DNA from: an uncultured Thermoleophilia bacterium
GTDB taxonomy: Bacteria > Actinomycetota > Thermoleophilia > UBA2241
Direction: 5' to 3'
Length of the DNA: 64,000 nucleotides
Assembly: GCA_963765635.1 (NCBI GenBank)
Contig: CAVXXF010000002.1
Span: forward strand, 210,363-274,362
Shown: piece after piece, positions 9,783 through 19,098 of the stretch
How positions within the stretch are numbered: position 1 is the stretch's first letter
How the letters are laid out: each line of letters opens with the position of its first letter
Notes under the pieces: generated by a model
Told to the model about the DNA's origin: nothing
Seen by the model: the letters and a program-made list of their open reading frames with translations, nothing else
Databases searched by the model: none
Made by a program: the position numbers and the translations under genes

Positions 9783-10083
9783 GGCCGCCGCGCGCTGGCT
9801 CGCCTATGCCGAGAGCGATCTGGCCGTCGCGCGCGGCGTCGACCGGCCGGGAGTGATCGCCGAGACGCTCTGCTTCCATGCCCAGCAGGCGGCCGAGAAG
9901 GCGATCAAGGTAGTTCTGGTGGCCGCTGGCGTCGACCCTCAGAGGACCCACGATGTCGAGATGCTGCTTGCTGCTGTTCCCGGGGACGTATCGATGGGAT
10001 TCGACCGTCGATCACGCTCGCCTGGCTGTTCATCCTCGTCCCGGGGGCGTTCGCGGCTGGGTCGTCGTATCATGAGACCATGA
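9709..10083 (+). CDS. HEPN-domain protein, partner of the 9474 NTase; C-terminal ~35 aa may be out of frame
   Basis: WLAYAESDLAVARGVDRPGVIAETLCFHAQQAAEKAIKVVLVAAGVDPQRTHDVEMLL is a classic HEPN helix pair. Overlaps the NTase ORF by ~70 nt. The tail RRSRSPGCSSSSRGRSRLGRR looks like wrong-frame sequence. Confidence 0.6.
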   Translation: MTTATSQATSTLRHYARGASTTRPEAAARWLAYAESDLAVARGVDRPGVIAETLCFHAQQAAEKAIKVVLVAAGVDPQRTHDVEMLLAAVPGDVSMGFDRRSRSPGCSSSSRGRSRLGRRIMRP

Positions 10084-10805
10084 GATTCCCCCGCAGCCTG
10101 CTCGTCTTCCTCGCCCTCAGCTGGGTACTGGTGATGCTGTACCCGGATCCCGGCGTCCTGGTGCGGAGCGTGCGCAACACGTTGCGGCCGCGCGTGGAGC
10201 CGCAGGCCGCGGCCGCTCTGGCGCGCACCCTCCCCGACGATCCCCGGGCGATCGAAGCCTACGTGCTCGACCAGCAGGTGCCTTACGCCTACGACTGGCA
10301 GTCGGCCGGCGTGCCGTGGTACTTCCCCACGGCGAGCGAGGCGCTGCGCGCCGGCCGCGGCGACTGTGAGAGCCGCGCTATCGTGCTGGCGAGCCTCCTC
10401 ACGGCCAAGGGCATCCCCAATGAGCTGCGCATGAGCTTTGACCACATCTGGGTCGACTACCCCGGCAAGGTGGCCAACGCCATGGAGAACGCCGCCGTGC
10501 AGTTCGCCGGCCGGCAGGACGGCCGCTTCTTTCTCCACTGGCCGGCTGACTTTCACCTGAGGCAGGAGGTCGCCGACCAGGTGGCGATCCACTGGACGCC
10601 GGCGCCGCGGTGGAGGCTGCTGCTGCTCGCCCTGGGCCTCACCCTCATCCCGCTCTGGAACGTGCTTTCGCGGCGGCTCGCCGGCAGCGAACTCGCGATT
10701 CGAGAGGCGCGCGCCACCGACAGGGCGAAGAGCGCGCCGGGCCGTCTGCGCCGCCGGCACCGGGCGTATTCCGTCGCGGCCGTCTCAACCAGGAAGGTGA
10801 CATGA
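10080..10805 (+). CDS. Transglutaminase-like (Cys-protease core) domain membrane protein
   Basis: N-terminal TM helix. [22 protein letters not shown] matches the transglutaminase-like catalytic Cys motif. C-terminal TM helix. Confidence 0.6.
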   Translation: MRFPRSLLVFLALSWVLVMLYPDPGVLVRSVRNTLRPRVEPQAAAALARTLPDDPRAIEAYVLDQQVPYAYDWQSAGVPWYFPTASEALRAGRGDCESRAIVLASLLTAKGIPNELRMSFDHIWVDYPGKVANAMENAAVQFAGRQDGRFFLHWPADFHLRQEVADQVAIHWTPAPRWRLLLLALGLTLIPLWNVLSRRLAGSELAIREARATDRAKSAPGRLRRRHRAYSVAAVSTRKVT

Positions 10806-11845
10806 AGACGATCGACCTGCGCAGCGACACCGTCACGCGTCCGTCGGCGGAGATGCGCCGCGCCATGTTCGAGGCCGAGGTCGGCGACGACGTGCTCGGC
10901 GACGACCCCACGGTGATCCGCCTGCAGGAGCACGCCGCCGGCCTGCTCGGCAAAGAGGCCGGCCTCTACTTCCCGTCGGGGACGATGTGCAACCAGGCGG
11001 CGGTGCGCGCGCTCACGCAGCGCGGCGACGAGGTCTTTCTGCACGCCCAGGCGCACATCATGTTCTACGAGCAGGGCGGGGCCTCGGCGCTGAGCAACGT
11101 GCAGCTGCGCTGCTTCGATTCGCCCGACGGGACGCTCGACCTCGAGAAGATGGAGGAGTACGTCCACACCGACGCCGACGTGCACTGGGCGCCCACCCGG
11201 ATGGTGTGCCTCGAGAACACGCACAACCACTGCGGCGGCCTCGTGCTGCCCCTCGAGCACGTGCGTGCCGTGCGCGAGCTCTGCGACCGGCACGATCTGA
11301 GGATGCACCTCGACGGCGCCCGGCTGTTCAACGCCGTGGCGGCCTCGGGCATCCCTGCCGCGGAGCACGCCGCTCCATTCGACACTGTCAGCATCTGCCT
11401 GTCGAAGGGCCTGGGCGCGCCGGTCGGCTCGATGCTCGTGGGGGACGCCGCCACCATCGCCCTGGCGCAGCGCGCCCGCAAGCTCTACGGCGGCGGCATG
11501 AGGCAGGCCGGCATCATCGCCGCGGCCGGCCTCTACGCGCTTCAGCACAACGTCGTGCGCCTCGCCGACGACCACCGGCGCGCGCGCGAGCTCGCGGAAC
11601 GGCTGGCCGCGCTGCCCGGTCTCGAGATCGACCTGGCCACGGTGCAGACCAACATGATCTTCGCCGGCACGCGGGGCACCGGGCTGCCGGCCGCCGACCT
11701 CGTGGTGCGTCTGGGCGAGGCCGGCGTGCTGTGCCTCGACGAAGGCCCGTGGACCGTGCGCTTCGTCACGCATCTCGATGTGGACGATGCTGACATCGAG
11801 CAGACGGCCGTCGCCGTCGAGCGCGAGCTGGCCGCGAAGGCCTGA
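10802..11845 (+). CDS. ltaE: Low-specificity L-threonine aldolase
   Basis: [38 protein letters not shown]...SGTMCNQAA...[15 protein letters not shown] Lys in the SKGLGAP context. ATGA overlap with the upstream gene. Confidence 0.85.
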   Translation: MKTIDLRSDTVTRPSAEMRRAMFEAEVGDDVLGDDPTVIRLQEHAAGLLGKEAGLYFPSGTMCNQAAVRALTQRGDEVFLHAQAHIMFYEQGGASALSNVQLRCFDSPDGTLDLEKMEEYVHTDADVHWAPTRMVCLENTHNHCGGLVLPLEHVRAVRELCDRHDLRMHLDGARLFNAVAASGIPAAEHAAPFDTVSICLSKGLGAPVGSMLVGDAATIALAQRARKLYGGGMRQAGIIAAAGLYALQHNVVRLADDHRRARELAERLAALPGLEIDLATVQTNMIFAGTRGTGLPAADLVVRLGEAGVLCLDEGPWTVRFVTHLDVDDADIEQTAVAVERELAAKA

Positions 11846-12145
11846 CGGCCGCGCGGCCAATGCCGAGGTGCTGGCCGGCCTCACGCTGAGCCAGCTCACG
11901 CGGCTTGGGGCGGCGGTGATCTATGGAAGTTCGACCACGGCCATGGACCTGCGTCTGGCCTCCGCTTCGGTGGGCTCACCCGAGTGCGCCCTCATCAGCG
12001 CCGCCGCCGGCCAGATCGCGCGCTTCTACCTCCTGGCCGGTTGGGTGGCGGGTGCGTAGGGCGACGCCTACTGGGCGTGGGCTGACGAGCACGACGCGCA
12101 GCCGCCGGGGCTGCGGCTACGTCCTCAAGCAGCCACTCGCCGCCC

Positions 12146-12661
12146 TCAGAGCCGCAGCGAGAAGAGCACGACGTCCTCGCCGGTTCCGTGCACGTTTCGA
12201 GTCACGGGGACGCCATCCACGAGCTCGTCGCCGTCCTCCAAGGTGAAGCCGAGACGGCGATGAAACGCGATCGAGCGCGTGTTGAAGGCGCCGGTCTCAG
12301 CCACGACGACCGTTGCGCCGCGCCGTCGCACGACGGCCGAGAAGCGCTCGTAGAGCTCTCGCCCCAGGCTGAGGCCGCGGAAGTCGGGATGCACGCCCAT
12401 GAAATGCACGTAAGCCTGTCCGGCATGGCGTTGAGAGAGCATGCCGACCAGGAATGCGACCAACGCCCCGTCGTCTTCGACCACCAGGCAGGTGTCGCCG
12501 AAGTGCTCGAGGAAGAGGGGATGCACGAAATGTCGCAGGTGGCGGGCCCACCAGTCCTCGATCGCGGCGGCGATGGGATCTGCATCGGCCGCTGTGGCCG
12601 ACCGCCAGAGCAGGCCGTCGTGGCCTGACTGGCCCCCCGTCTGGATCGCTGCGCACATGGC
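12146..12661 (-). CDS. GNAT-family N-acetyltransferase
   Basis: Acetyl-CoA-binding segment VHPDFRGLSLGRELYERF and overall GNAT fold pattern. Internal ATG (MCAAIQTG...) preferred over the track's longer low-complexity N-terminus. Confidence 0.7.
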   Translation of the reverse strand, partial: AMCAAIQTGGQSGHDGLLWRSATAADADPIAAAIEDWWARHLRHFVHPLFLEHFGDTCLVVEDDGALVAFLVGMLSQRHAGQAYVHFMGVHPDFRGLSLGRELYERFSAVVRRRGATVVVAETGAFNTRSIAFHRRLGFTLEDGDELVDGVPVTRNVHGTGEDVVLFSLRL

Positions 12662-12968
12662 ACTCCTCACTGACCTCACAGTTCTAGCACAAACCACCGA
12701 GGTCGCGAATCCTGTCGGTGGGTCCATCGCGGGTGTCGAGGCGGACGTGCCCTCACTGTCGTACATTCGGCGTCCCCGAGCAGGGCTGGGAGTGTGCACT
12801 CCACTCGCCGATGGGGAGTGGTGTTGCCCGCAGAGGCTCCCGAAACCTCTGGCAAGTACCGGTGAGAACCTGAGTAGAGTTTTATTCGTCAGGAGCATGT
12901 CCGGTCAGTAAGTTGACAGTCAGGACATACGCCAGCTAGCATGCGGCCATCCGACTCAGGGGGACGAC

Positions 12969-13442
12969 GTGGACGCTCTCGACCGTCAGATACTCATCGC
13001 GTTGCAGCAGGACGGGAGCCTCACCAACGCCAGGCTGGCGCAGGCGCTCGGACTCTCGCAGTCGGCCATGTCCGAGCGCGTCAGGCGCCTCGAGCAGGAC
13101 GGCCACATCGCCGGCTATCGCGCCTTGGTCAACCCCACCAGTCTCGGGCTCGGCCTGCAGGCGTTCGTGGCCGCCGAGCTCGACCATCACAGCACCGAGA
13201 GCATCGAGTCCTTCGAGCACGGGGTCGTGAAGCTCCAGGCGGTGCGCGCCTGCTACCACGTGGCCGGCCGCTTCGACTACCTGCTCCACGTGGCCGTGCG
13301 CGACCTGGAGCACCTGGGTCATCTCATCAAGTACGACATCGCCGCGATCCCTGGAGTCGACAAGGTCGAGACCATGCTCGTGTACTCGGAGGTGAAGCCC
13401 GACGTGGGCTGGCCCGTTCATCCCGAGGGCCGGGAAGAGTGA
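12969..13442 (+). CDS. Lrp/AsnC-family transcriptional regulator
   Basis: 157 aa. N-terminal HTH (MDALDRQILIALQQDGSLTNARLAQALGLSQSAMSERVRRLEQDGHIAGYRA) plus C-terminal RAM/AsnC_C domain. Confidence 0.9.
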   Translation: MDALDRQILIALQQDGSLTNARLAQALGLSQSAMSERVRRLEQDGHIAGYRALVNPTSLGLGLQAFVAAELDHHSTESIESFEHGVVKLQAVRACYHVAGRFDYLLHVAVRDLEHLGHLIKYDIAAIPGVDKVETMLVYSEVKPDVGWPVHPEGREE

Positions 13443-13478
13443 GCGCCGCCGGCGCTGAGCCGGCGCAACTGCAGGACC

Positions 13479-14777
13479 ATGGAGGCAGGAGGACCGATGA
13501 CCACCCGAGACGCGATGCGCGCGCAGCTGCGCATCAAGCCCGCCGACCTGGAGGCCGTGAACGCGGTCCTCGCGGGCCCCGACAACGCTCTCGTGGACGG
13601 CCTCCTCGAGCTTGTCGAGAAGTACGGCGGCGTGGCGGAGATCAACCGCCGGGCCGACGAGGCGGGCCGCCTCGAGACCCGCCTTGCGCGCCTGCAGGAC
13701 GAGGCCTCCCCCTTCCTCTCCGGCCTCCACTGGCTCGCCGAGCAGCGCGACGCAGGCGCCTTCGTCTCGCTGCCCGAGTACCGGCGCAGCGTCCTCGGCC
13801 CTGAGGCCGACGCCATGACCGTCGACGAGCGCAACGCCGTGACCCTCGAGATCAGCGCCCTGCAGTACTTCCCCTGGCTGATCAGCGAGGCCGAGCAAGC
13901 CATCGAGCGCCGCGAGCTCATGCCGGGCCGCTACATCCGCGTGCGCACCATGGCCGAGCAGTGCGCCCCCGGCGAGGACGTCCTCGCCGTGGCCGCCGCC
14001 ATGCAGATCATCGGCGCCACGCACGTCGAGACCCTCGACACCAAGGGCATCGATGGCAGCAACGTCCACCTCGGCGGCCCCGCCACGATCACCGGCTACT
14101 TCGGCGGCATCGGCCAGCCCAACGACTACCCGCTCAAGTGGGCCGACGAGTACCTCGGCGTGCTCACGCAGTACGGAATCCGCCAGGTGCTCAACATCAA
14201 CAGCGGCACCATCCTCGTGGCCCTCCTGATGCACAAGCTGGGTATACGCAACGAGTTCAAAGTCTCGGTTTTCATGGGCGTCGACAACCCTTGGTCGGTG
14301 CTCTGGCTCCTGATTGGCGCCCGCCTGCTGGCGGCCGACGACGGCTCGACCAGCATGATCGGCCTCAATCTCTCCAACTCTGTCGAGTTGCCCACCCTGC
14401 TCGCCGCCGCCGAAGTGCGCCGCGGCCTGGGCTTTGACGGCGGCGTGCGTCTCGAGCACCACGTCACCGAGACCTGGAAGTCTATCGTGCGCCAGCCCTA
14501 CGACCGCCGCGGGGACGTGGTCGCCGCCGCGGCCACCGTGCCCAACATCTCCGCCAAGCACGAGGGCGGCGACCCGGAGACCGAGACGACCCGCGAGCAC
14601 CCCACCGACATCCTCGACTACTTCATCCCCAAGGAGCAGGTCATCGCCGACGGCCTCATGCCGCTGCTGGAACAGAACTACCTCGACAAGCACGCCGCCG
14701 TGAACCACACGGCCGCGGACCTCACCCGCGCCGGCATCGGAGTGCGCGCAGCCGCCCTGCTCCACGCACCGGCCTGA
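13479..14777 (+). CDS. Conserved hypothetical protein (432 aa), unknown function; sits between the Lrp regulator and the MttB-family gene
   Basis: Clean protein-like ORF with few Cys. No motif I can assign. The family was not identified. Confidence 0.55.
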   Translation: MEAGGPMTTRDAMRAQLRIKPADLEAVNAVLAGPDNALVDGLLELVEKYGGVAEINRRADEAGRLETRLARLQDEASPFLSGLHWLAEQRDAGAFVSLPEYRRSVLGPEADAMTVDERNAVTLEISALQYFPWLISEAEQAIERRELMPGRYIRVRTMAEQCAPGEDVLAVAAAMQIIGATHVETLDTKGIDGSNVHLGGPATITGYFGGIGQPNDYPLKWADEYLGVLTQYGIRQVLNINSGTILVALLMHKLGIRNEFKVSVFMGVDNPWSVLWLLIGARLLAADDGSTSMIGLNLSNSVELPTLLAAAEVRRGLGFDGGVRLEHHVTETWKSIVRQPYDRRGDVVAAAATVPNISAKHEGGDPETETTREHPTDILDYFIPKEQVIADGLMPLLEQNYLDKHAAVNHTAADLTRAGIGVRAAALLHAPA

Positions 14778-14873
14778 GGTTTCCCCCAGCGTTGCTGCCG
14801 CTCGAGGGGCGCAGAGGATGTATCATGACCCCCCCTGGGGCCGGAACCTGCCCGGCTGTCGACTACCTGAAGA

Positions 14874-16331
14874 GTGAAGGACAGTCTCGTGGACTGGAGT
14901 CTCACCTGCACGACCCCCGCCGAGCGGGACCTCGTGATCGAATCCGCCCTGGCGGTGCTCGAGCGCGTGGGTATGCGCATGATGGGGGCGACGCGCGCGC
15001 TCGACGCGCTGGCGAGCCTCGGCGCCGGGGTCGACGTGGCGACGGGGGTCGTGCGCCTGCCGCCGGAGATGGTGCACGCGGCCCTGGCCACGCTCCCGGA
15101 CCAGCTGTTCATCGCGGGCGCGGTCCCCGCGCGAGATGTCGTCCTCGACCGGCACAGCGGCCCCTTCTTCAATCCCTCGGGGTGTCACGCCAAGACCCTC
15201 GACTTCCGCACGGGGCGGCTGCGCCCGTCCAGCATCCAGGATCTCCGCGAGGGTACCGTCGTCATGGACGCCACCCCGGAGATCGACGTGATGTGGACGT
15301 TCGTGACGGCCAACGACGTGCCCCTCGAGCGGCGTGAGCTGGTGGAGTGCTACACGTATCTCGCGAACACCTCCAAGCCGCTGGTGCTCGTCGACTGCCC
15401 GACGGATGCCACCGACGTGCGGCGCATCATGGATGTCCTCGGCGGCGGCCTGGAGGGCTTCCGCCGCCGCCCGCGCCTCGGCGTGCTCTGCGCGGCGCGT
15501 GCGCCGCTCGCGGTCAACGGCGCCCTGCTGGACGTCACCTGCGAGCTGGCCGCTCTCGGCAGCCCCGTCTGGGCCTACTCGATGGCCATGGCGGGGGCGA
15601 CCGGTCCCATCACGGTCGCCGGCATGCTGAGCCTGATGTGGGCCGAGATCCTCGGCCTCGTCACGGCGGTCCAGGCGGTCGCCCCCGGCGCGGCCGTCCT
15701 GGCCTGTTGCGGCCCGGGGATCCTCGACATGCGCACCGGCAACATGTCCCTCGGCAGCCCCGAAAACACGCTCATGGGCGTTGCCTCGGTCGAGATCGGC
15801 CACCATCTGGGGTTGCCGGTCCACAACTCCGCCCTGTCGACGGACGCCCAGCATCCCGGCGTACAGGCCGGGTACGAGAAGGGCATGAAGGTCCTTCCCG
15901 CGGTGCTGGCGGGCGTCGATCTCATCAGCGGGGGTTTCGGCGCCCTGGCCTCGTCGAGCGTATGGCATCTGCCCATGGTGCCCATCGACGCCGAGGTGGC
16001 GGCTCTCGTGCGGCGCCTCGCCGCGGGAAGCCCCATACGCCCGGAGGACGTGATGCTCGACATCATCGAGCGCGTGGGGGTCGGCGGCAGCTATCTCAAG
16101 GAGCGGGTCACCCGCGAGCGCGTGCGCGCCCTCGAGCACTTCACGCCCACGATCGGCAGCCGGCTGCCGATCGAGCAGTGGGTCGCCGCGGGCAAGCAGG
16201 AGGTCGACGTGGCGCGCGAACGCGTGGAGCAGACCCTGGCCGCAGCGCCGGCCCGGGAGGGCGCCGCGGCGCTCATGGGGGAAGAGCAGTTGCGCGCGCT
16301 CGCCGACGTGTGCGGCGTCGGGGTCAGTTGA
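14874..16331 (+). CDS. MttB-superfamily (COG5598, trimethylamine methyltransferase-like) protein, non-pyrrolysine type; presumed quaternary-amine:corrinoid methyltransferase
   Basis: 485 aa. Family-typical length and TIM-barrel-like sequence pattern (LERVGMRM...LPDQLFIAGA...NTLMGVASVEIGHHLGLPVH...LISGGFGALASS). No in-frame amber codon. No corrinoid-protein gene (DxHxxG) seen nearby. Confidence 0.75.
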   Translation: MKDSLVDWSLTCTTPAERDLVIESALAVLERVGMRMMGATRALDALASLGAGVDVATGVVRLPPEMVHAALATLPDQLFIAGAVPARDVVLDRHSGPFFNPSGCHAKTLDFRTGRLRPSSIQDLREGTVVMDATPEIDVMWTFVTANDVPLERRELVECYTYLANTSKPLVLVDCPTDATDVRRIMDVLGGGLEGFRRRPRLGVLCAARAPLAVNGALLDVTCELAALGSPVWAYSMAMAGATGPITVAGMLSLMWAEILGLVTAVQAVAPGAAVLACCGPGILDMRTGNMSLGSPENTLMGVASVEIGHHLGLPVHNSALSTDAQHPGVQAGYEKGMKVLPAVLAGVDLISGGFGALASSSVWHLPMVPIDAEVAALVRRLAAGSPIRPEDVMLDIIERVGVGGSYLKERVTRERVRALEHFTPTIGSRLPIEQWVAAGKQEVDVARERVEQTLAAAPAREGAAALMGEEQLRALADVCGVGVS

Positions 16332-16392
16332 CGCGCGAGCGCTGACCCCTAGCGTTCCACCCAGGAGGACATCAGACCGAGAGGGAGGACCC

Positions 16393-17766
16393 ATGGCAGA
16401 TCTGCCGGAGACGCGTGAACACGAGGCGCTCGAGGAGGATTTCCTCGGCCACCTCTGGCCGCCGTTCACGCAGATGCAGGGCCTCAAGCCCGTGATCATG
16501 GACCACGCCGAGGGCGCGCTCGTCTACGACGCCGCCGGCAAGGCCTACATCGATGCCTTCGCCAGCCTGTGGACCGTCAACGTCGGCCACGGCCGCCAGG
16601 AGATCTTCGACGCCATCGCAGAGCAAGCGCAGAAGCTGGCGATCTACCACATCTTCCAGATCGCCAACGAGCCCTCCATCAAGCTCGCCGCCAAGGTCGC
16701 GGAGCACATGCCCGGCGACCTCAACCACGTCTTCTTCACACTCGGCGGCGGCGAGTCCGTGGAGACCGCCGTCAAGATGGCGCGCCAGTACTGGCGCAAC
16801 AAGGGCATGGGCACCAAGTACATGATCATGTTCCGCGACCGCTCCTACCACGGCACCACGATGACCAGCACGAGCGCCCAGGGCCTCTCCATGAACCGCG
16901 CCAAGTTCGAGCCCCTGCTGCCCGGGTTCATCAAGCTCGGCGCGCCCTACTGCTACCGCTGCTTCTGGGGCAAGACCTACGGCGAGGACTGCAAGATGGA
17001 GTGCGCCCGGCAGGTCGAGCAGGAGATCGCCTTCTACGGTCCCGAGAACGTTGGCACCATGCTCGGCGAGACGATGATCGGCACCGGCGGCGTGATCCCC
17101 CCGCCGCCCGAGTACTGGCCGATGGTCAACGAGATCTGCAAGGCGAGCGACGTGCTCGTGATCAACGACGAGGTGATCACCGGCTTCGGCCGCGCCGGCA
17201 CCTGGTTCGGCTTCGAGCAGTTCGGTTCCGACCCCGACCTCATCACCCTCGCCAAGGGCCTCTCTTCCGGCTACCTGCCGCTCGGCGCCGTGGGCGCCCG
17301 CGACCACGTCTTCGAGGCCTTCCTCGGCGACCCCGGCAGGACCTTCATGAGCGGCGCCACCTACAACGGGCACCCGCTCTGCTCGGCGGCCGGCATCGCC
17401 AACCTCGAGATCATCGAGCGCGAGCACCTCGTGGAGCGCTGCGCCGAGCTGGGCCCCTACCTCCAGGACGGCCTCGCGACGCTACTTGCGCACCCCATCG
17501 TCGGCGACGTGCGCGGCGTGGGCCTCGTGGCCGGGGTCGAGTTCGTCAAGGACAAGGAGACGCGCGAGTGGTTCGCCGCGGCACAGGGCGTGGCCGCCAA
17601 GGTCCGCGACGAGGCCTTCGCCCGCGGCGTCTTCGTACGCCTCCTCGGCGGCGGCCACGTGCTTGCCGTGGCGCCGCCGTTCATCATCAGCAAAGCGCAG
17701 ATCGACACTGTCGTGGCCGTCCTCGACGAAGCCATCGCCGTCGTCGAGCAGGAGCTCGGTCACTAG
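16393..17766 (+). CDS. Class-III PLP aminotransferase (omega-amino acid / GABA:pyruvate transaminase-like)
   Basis: 457 aa. Class-III signatures (VINDEVITGFGRAGTWFGFEQFG; GLSSGYLPLGAV). Complete. Confidence 0.85.
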   Translation: MADLPETREHEALEEDFLGHLWPPFTQMQGLKPVIMDHAEGALVYDAAGKAYIDAFASLWTVNVGHGRQEIFDAIAEQAQKLAIYHIFQIANEPSIKLAAKVAEHMPGDLNHVFFTLGGGESVETAVKMARQYWRNKGMGTKYMIMFRDRSYHGTTMTSTSAQGLSMNRAKFEPLLPGFIKLGAPYCYRCFWGKTYGEDCKMECARQVEQEIAFYGPENVGTMLGETMIGTGGVIPPPPEYWPMVNEICKASDVLVINDEVITGFGRAGTWFGFEQFGSDPDLITLAKGLSSGYLPLGAVGARDHVFEAFLGDPGRTFMSGATYNGHPLCSAAGIANLEIIEREHLVERCAELGPYLQDGLATLLAHPIVGDVRGVGLVAGVEFVKDKETREWFAAAQGVAAKVRDEAFARGVFVRLLGGGHVLAVAPPFIISKAQIDTVVAVLDEAIAVVEQELGH

Positions 17767-17846
17767 CGTAGGTACCGGCTGCGTACGCAGAAGAGGGCGG
17801 GCGGGGTGACCGTTCTGGTCGCCCCGCCCGCCCTCTTCGTGCGCGT

Positions 17847-19073
17847 CTACTTCTTGACGGGAGCCTTCTTGGCCGGCGCCTTCTTCTCCTTGACCGGCTC
17901 GGTCCCCGGCTTGACGGCCATGTTGCGGTAGACCTGCTCCATGTCCTCGGCAGTGAACTTGCGCGGGTTGTTGTTCCACAGGCGGGCCTGCGTAAGGGCG
18001 CCCTTGACGAGGTCGGGGATCGCCGACTCGGGGATGCCCACCTCGTTGAGGTACTGCGGCACCTCGAGGTCCTCGGCCAGCGTGCGCAGGGCCTGCAGCG
18101 TGACCTCGCAACCCTCGCGATCGCTGAGGCCTTCCATGTTCTCGCCCATGAACTCGCCGATCTCGCGGAAGAACTGCGGGCAGGCGAGCATGTTGTACTC
18201 CATGACCCACGGCAGCATGAGCGTGTTGGCGATGCCGTGCGGCACATGGAACATGCCGCCCACGGGGTAGCTCATGGCGTGCACGGCGCCCACACCGGCG
18301 TTGCCGAAGGAGATGCCGCCGAGCAGCGAGCCGATGGCCATGTTGTGGCGCGCCCAGGCGTTGCTGCCGTCGAACACCGCCGTGCGGATGCTCTTGCTGA
18401 CGAGCTTGATGCCTTCAGCGGCGAGCGGGTCGGTGTGCATCGTGGCGTTCACCGAGATGTAGGCCTCGATGTTGTGGATCAGGGCGTCCATGCCGCTGGC
18501 GGCGGTGACGCCCGCCGGGCAGCTGTAGGTGAGCACGGGGTCGACGAGAGCGATGTTGGGGATGAGGTGCGGGCTCACGACGCCCTGCTTCACGTTCAGC
18601 TTCTCGTTGCTGAAGATGGCGATGGCCGTGACTTCGGTGCCGGTGCCGGCGGTGGTGGGCACGGCGATGAAGGGCAGACCCTTGTGGGGTACCTGGTCGA
18701 TACCGACGTAGTCCTCGAGACGGTCGTCGTTGGGCGCGAGCACGGCGACCACCTTGGCGACATCGATGGCCGAGCCGCCGCCGAAGCCGACGATGAGGTC
18801 GTACTTGCCTTCTTTGGCGATATCGACGATCTCGTGCACGCTGCCCATGGGCGGCTCGGGGACGGCCTTGTCGTAGATGCCGACGTCCATGCCCGCCTCG
18901 CGCAGCGGGGCCTCCACGCTTTCCACGGTGCCGCAGCAGGCCACGCCGGGGTCGGTGATGATGAGCACCTTCTTGGCGTGCAGCTTCTTGGCCTCGGCGC
19001 CGATCTGGGCGACGCAGCCGTTGCCTGTGATTAGCGTCTTGGGCGCTCTGTGCACGCGGATCTTGGTATCCAT
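17847..19073 (-). CDS. Iron-containing (group III) alcohol dehydrogenase, contextually a 4-hydroxybutyrate dehydrogenase; unusual Lys/Ala/Pro-rich C-terminal tail
   Basis: 408 aa. GGGS nucleotide motif (GFGGGSAIDVAK) and Fe-binding His cluster (GAVHAMSYPVGGMFHVPHG). Tail ...KPGTEPVKEKKAPAKKAPVKK. Confidence 0.8.
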   Translation of the reverse strand: MDTKIRVHRAPKTLITGNGCVAQIGAEAKKLHAKKVLIITDPGVACCGTVESVEAPLREAGMDVGIYDKAVPEPPMGSVHEIVDIAKEGKYDLIVGFGGGSAIDVAKVVAVLAPNDDRLEDYVGIDQVPHKGLPFIAVPTTAGTGTEVTAIAIFSNEKLNVKQGVVSPHLIPNIALVDPVLTYSCPAGVTAASGMDALIHNIEAYISVNATMHTDPLAAEGIKLVSKSIRTAVFDGSNAWARHNMAIGSLLGGISFGNAGVGAVHAMSYPVGGMFHVPHGIANTLMLPWVMEYNMLACPQFFREIGEFMGENMEGLSDREGCEVTLQALRTLAEDLEVPQYLNEVGIPESAIPDLVKGALTQARLWNNNPRKFTAEDMEQVYRNMAVKPGTEPVKEKKAPAKKAPVKK

Positions 19074-19098
19074 GACTTCTTTCTCCTCCGTTGGACGG

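Noticed and set aside
12936-16499. 609-aa and 558-aa minus-strand ORFs across the Lrp/unknown/MttB genes, plus ORF 15347..16345
   Set aside because: Antisense or off-frame to genes with clear Lrp and MttB-family signatures. Gly/Arg/Asp-rich composition.
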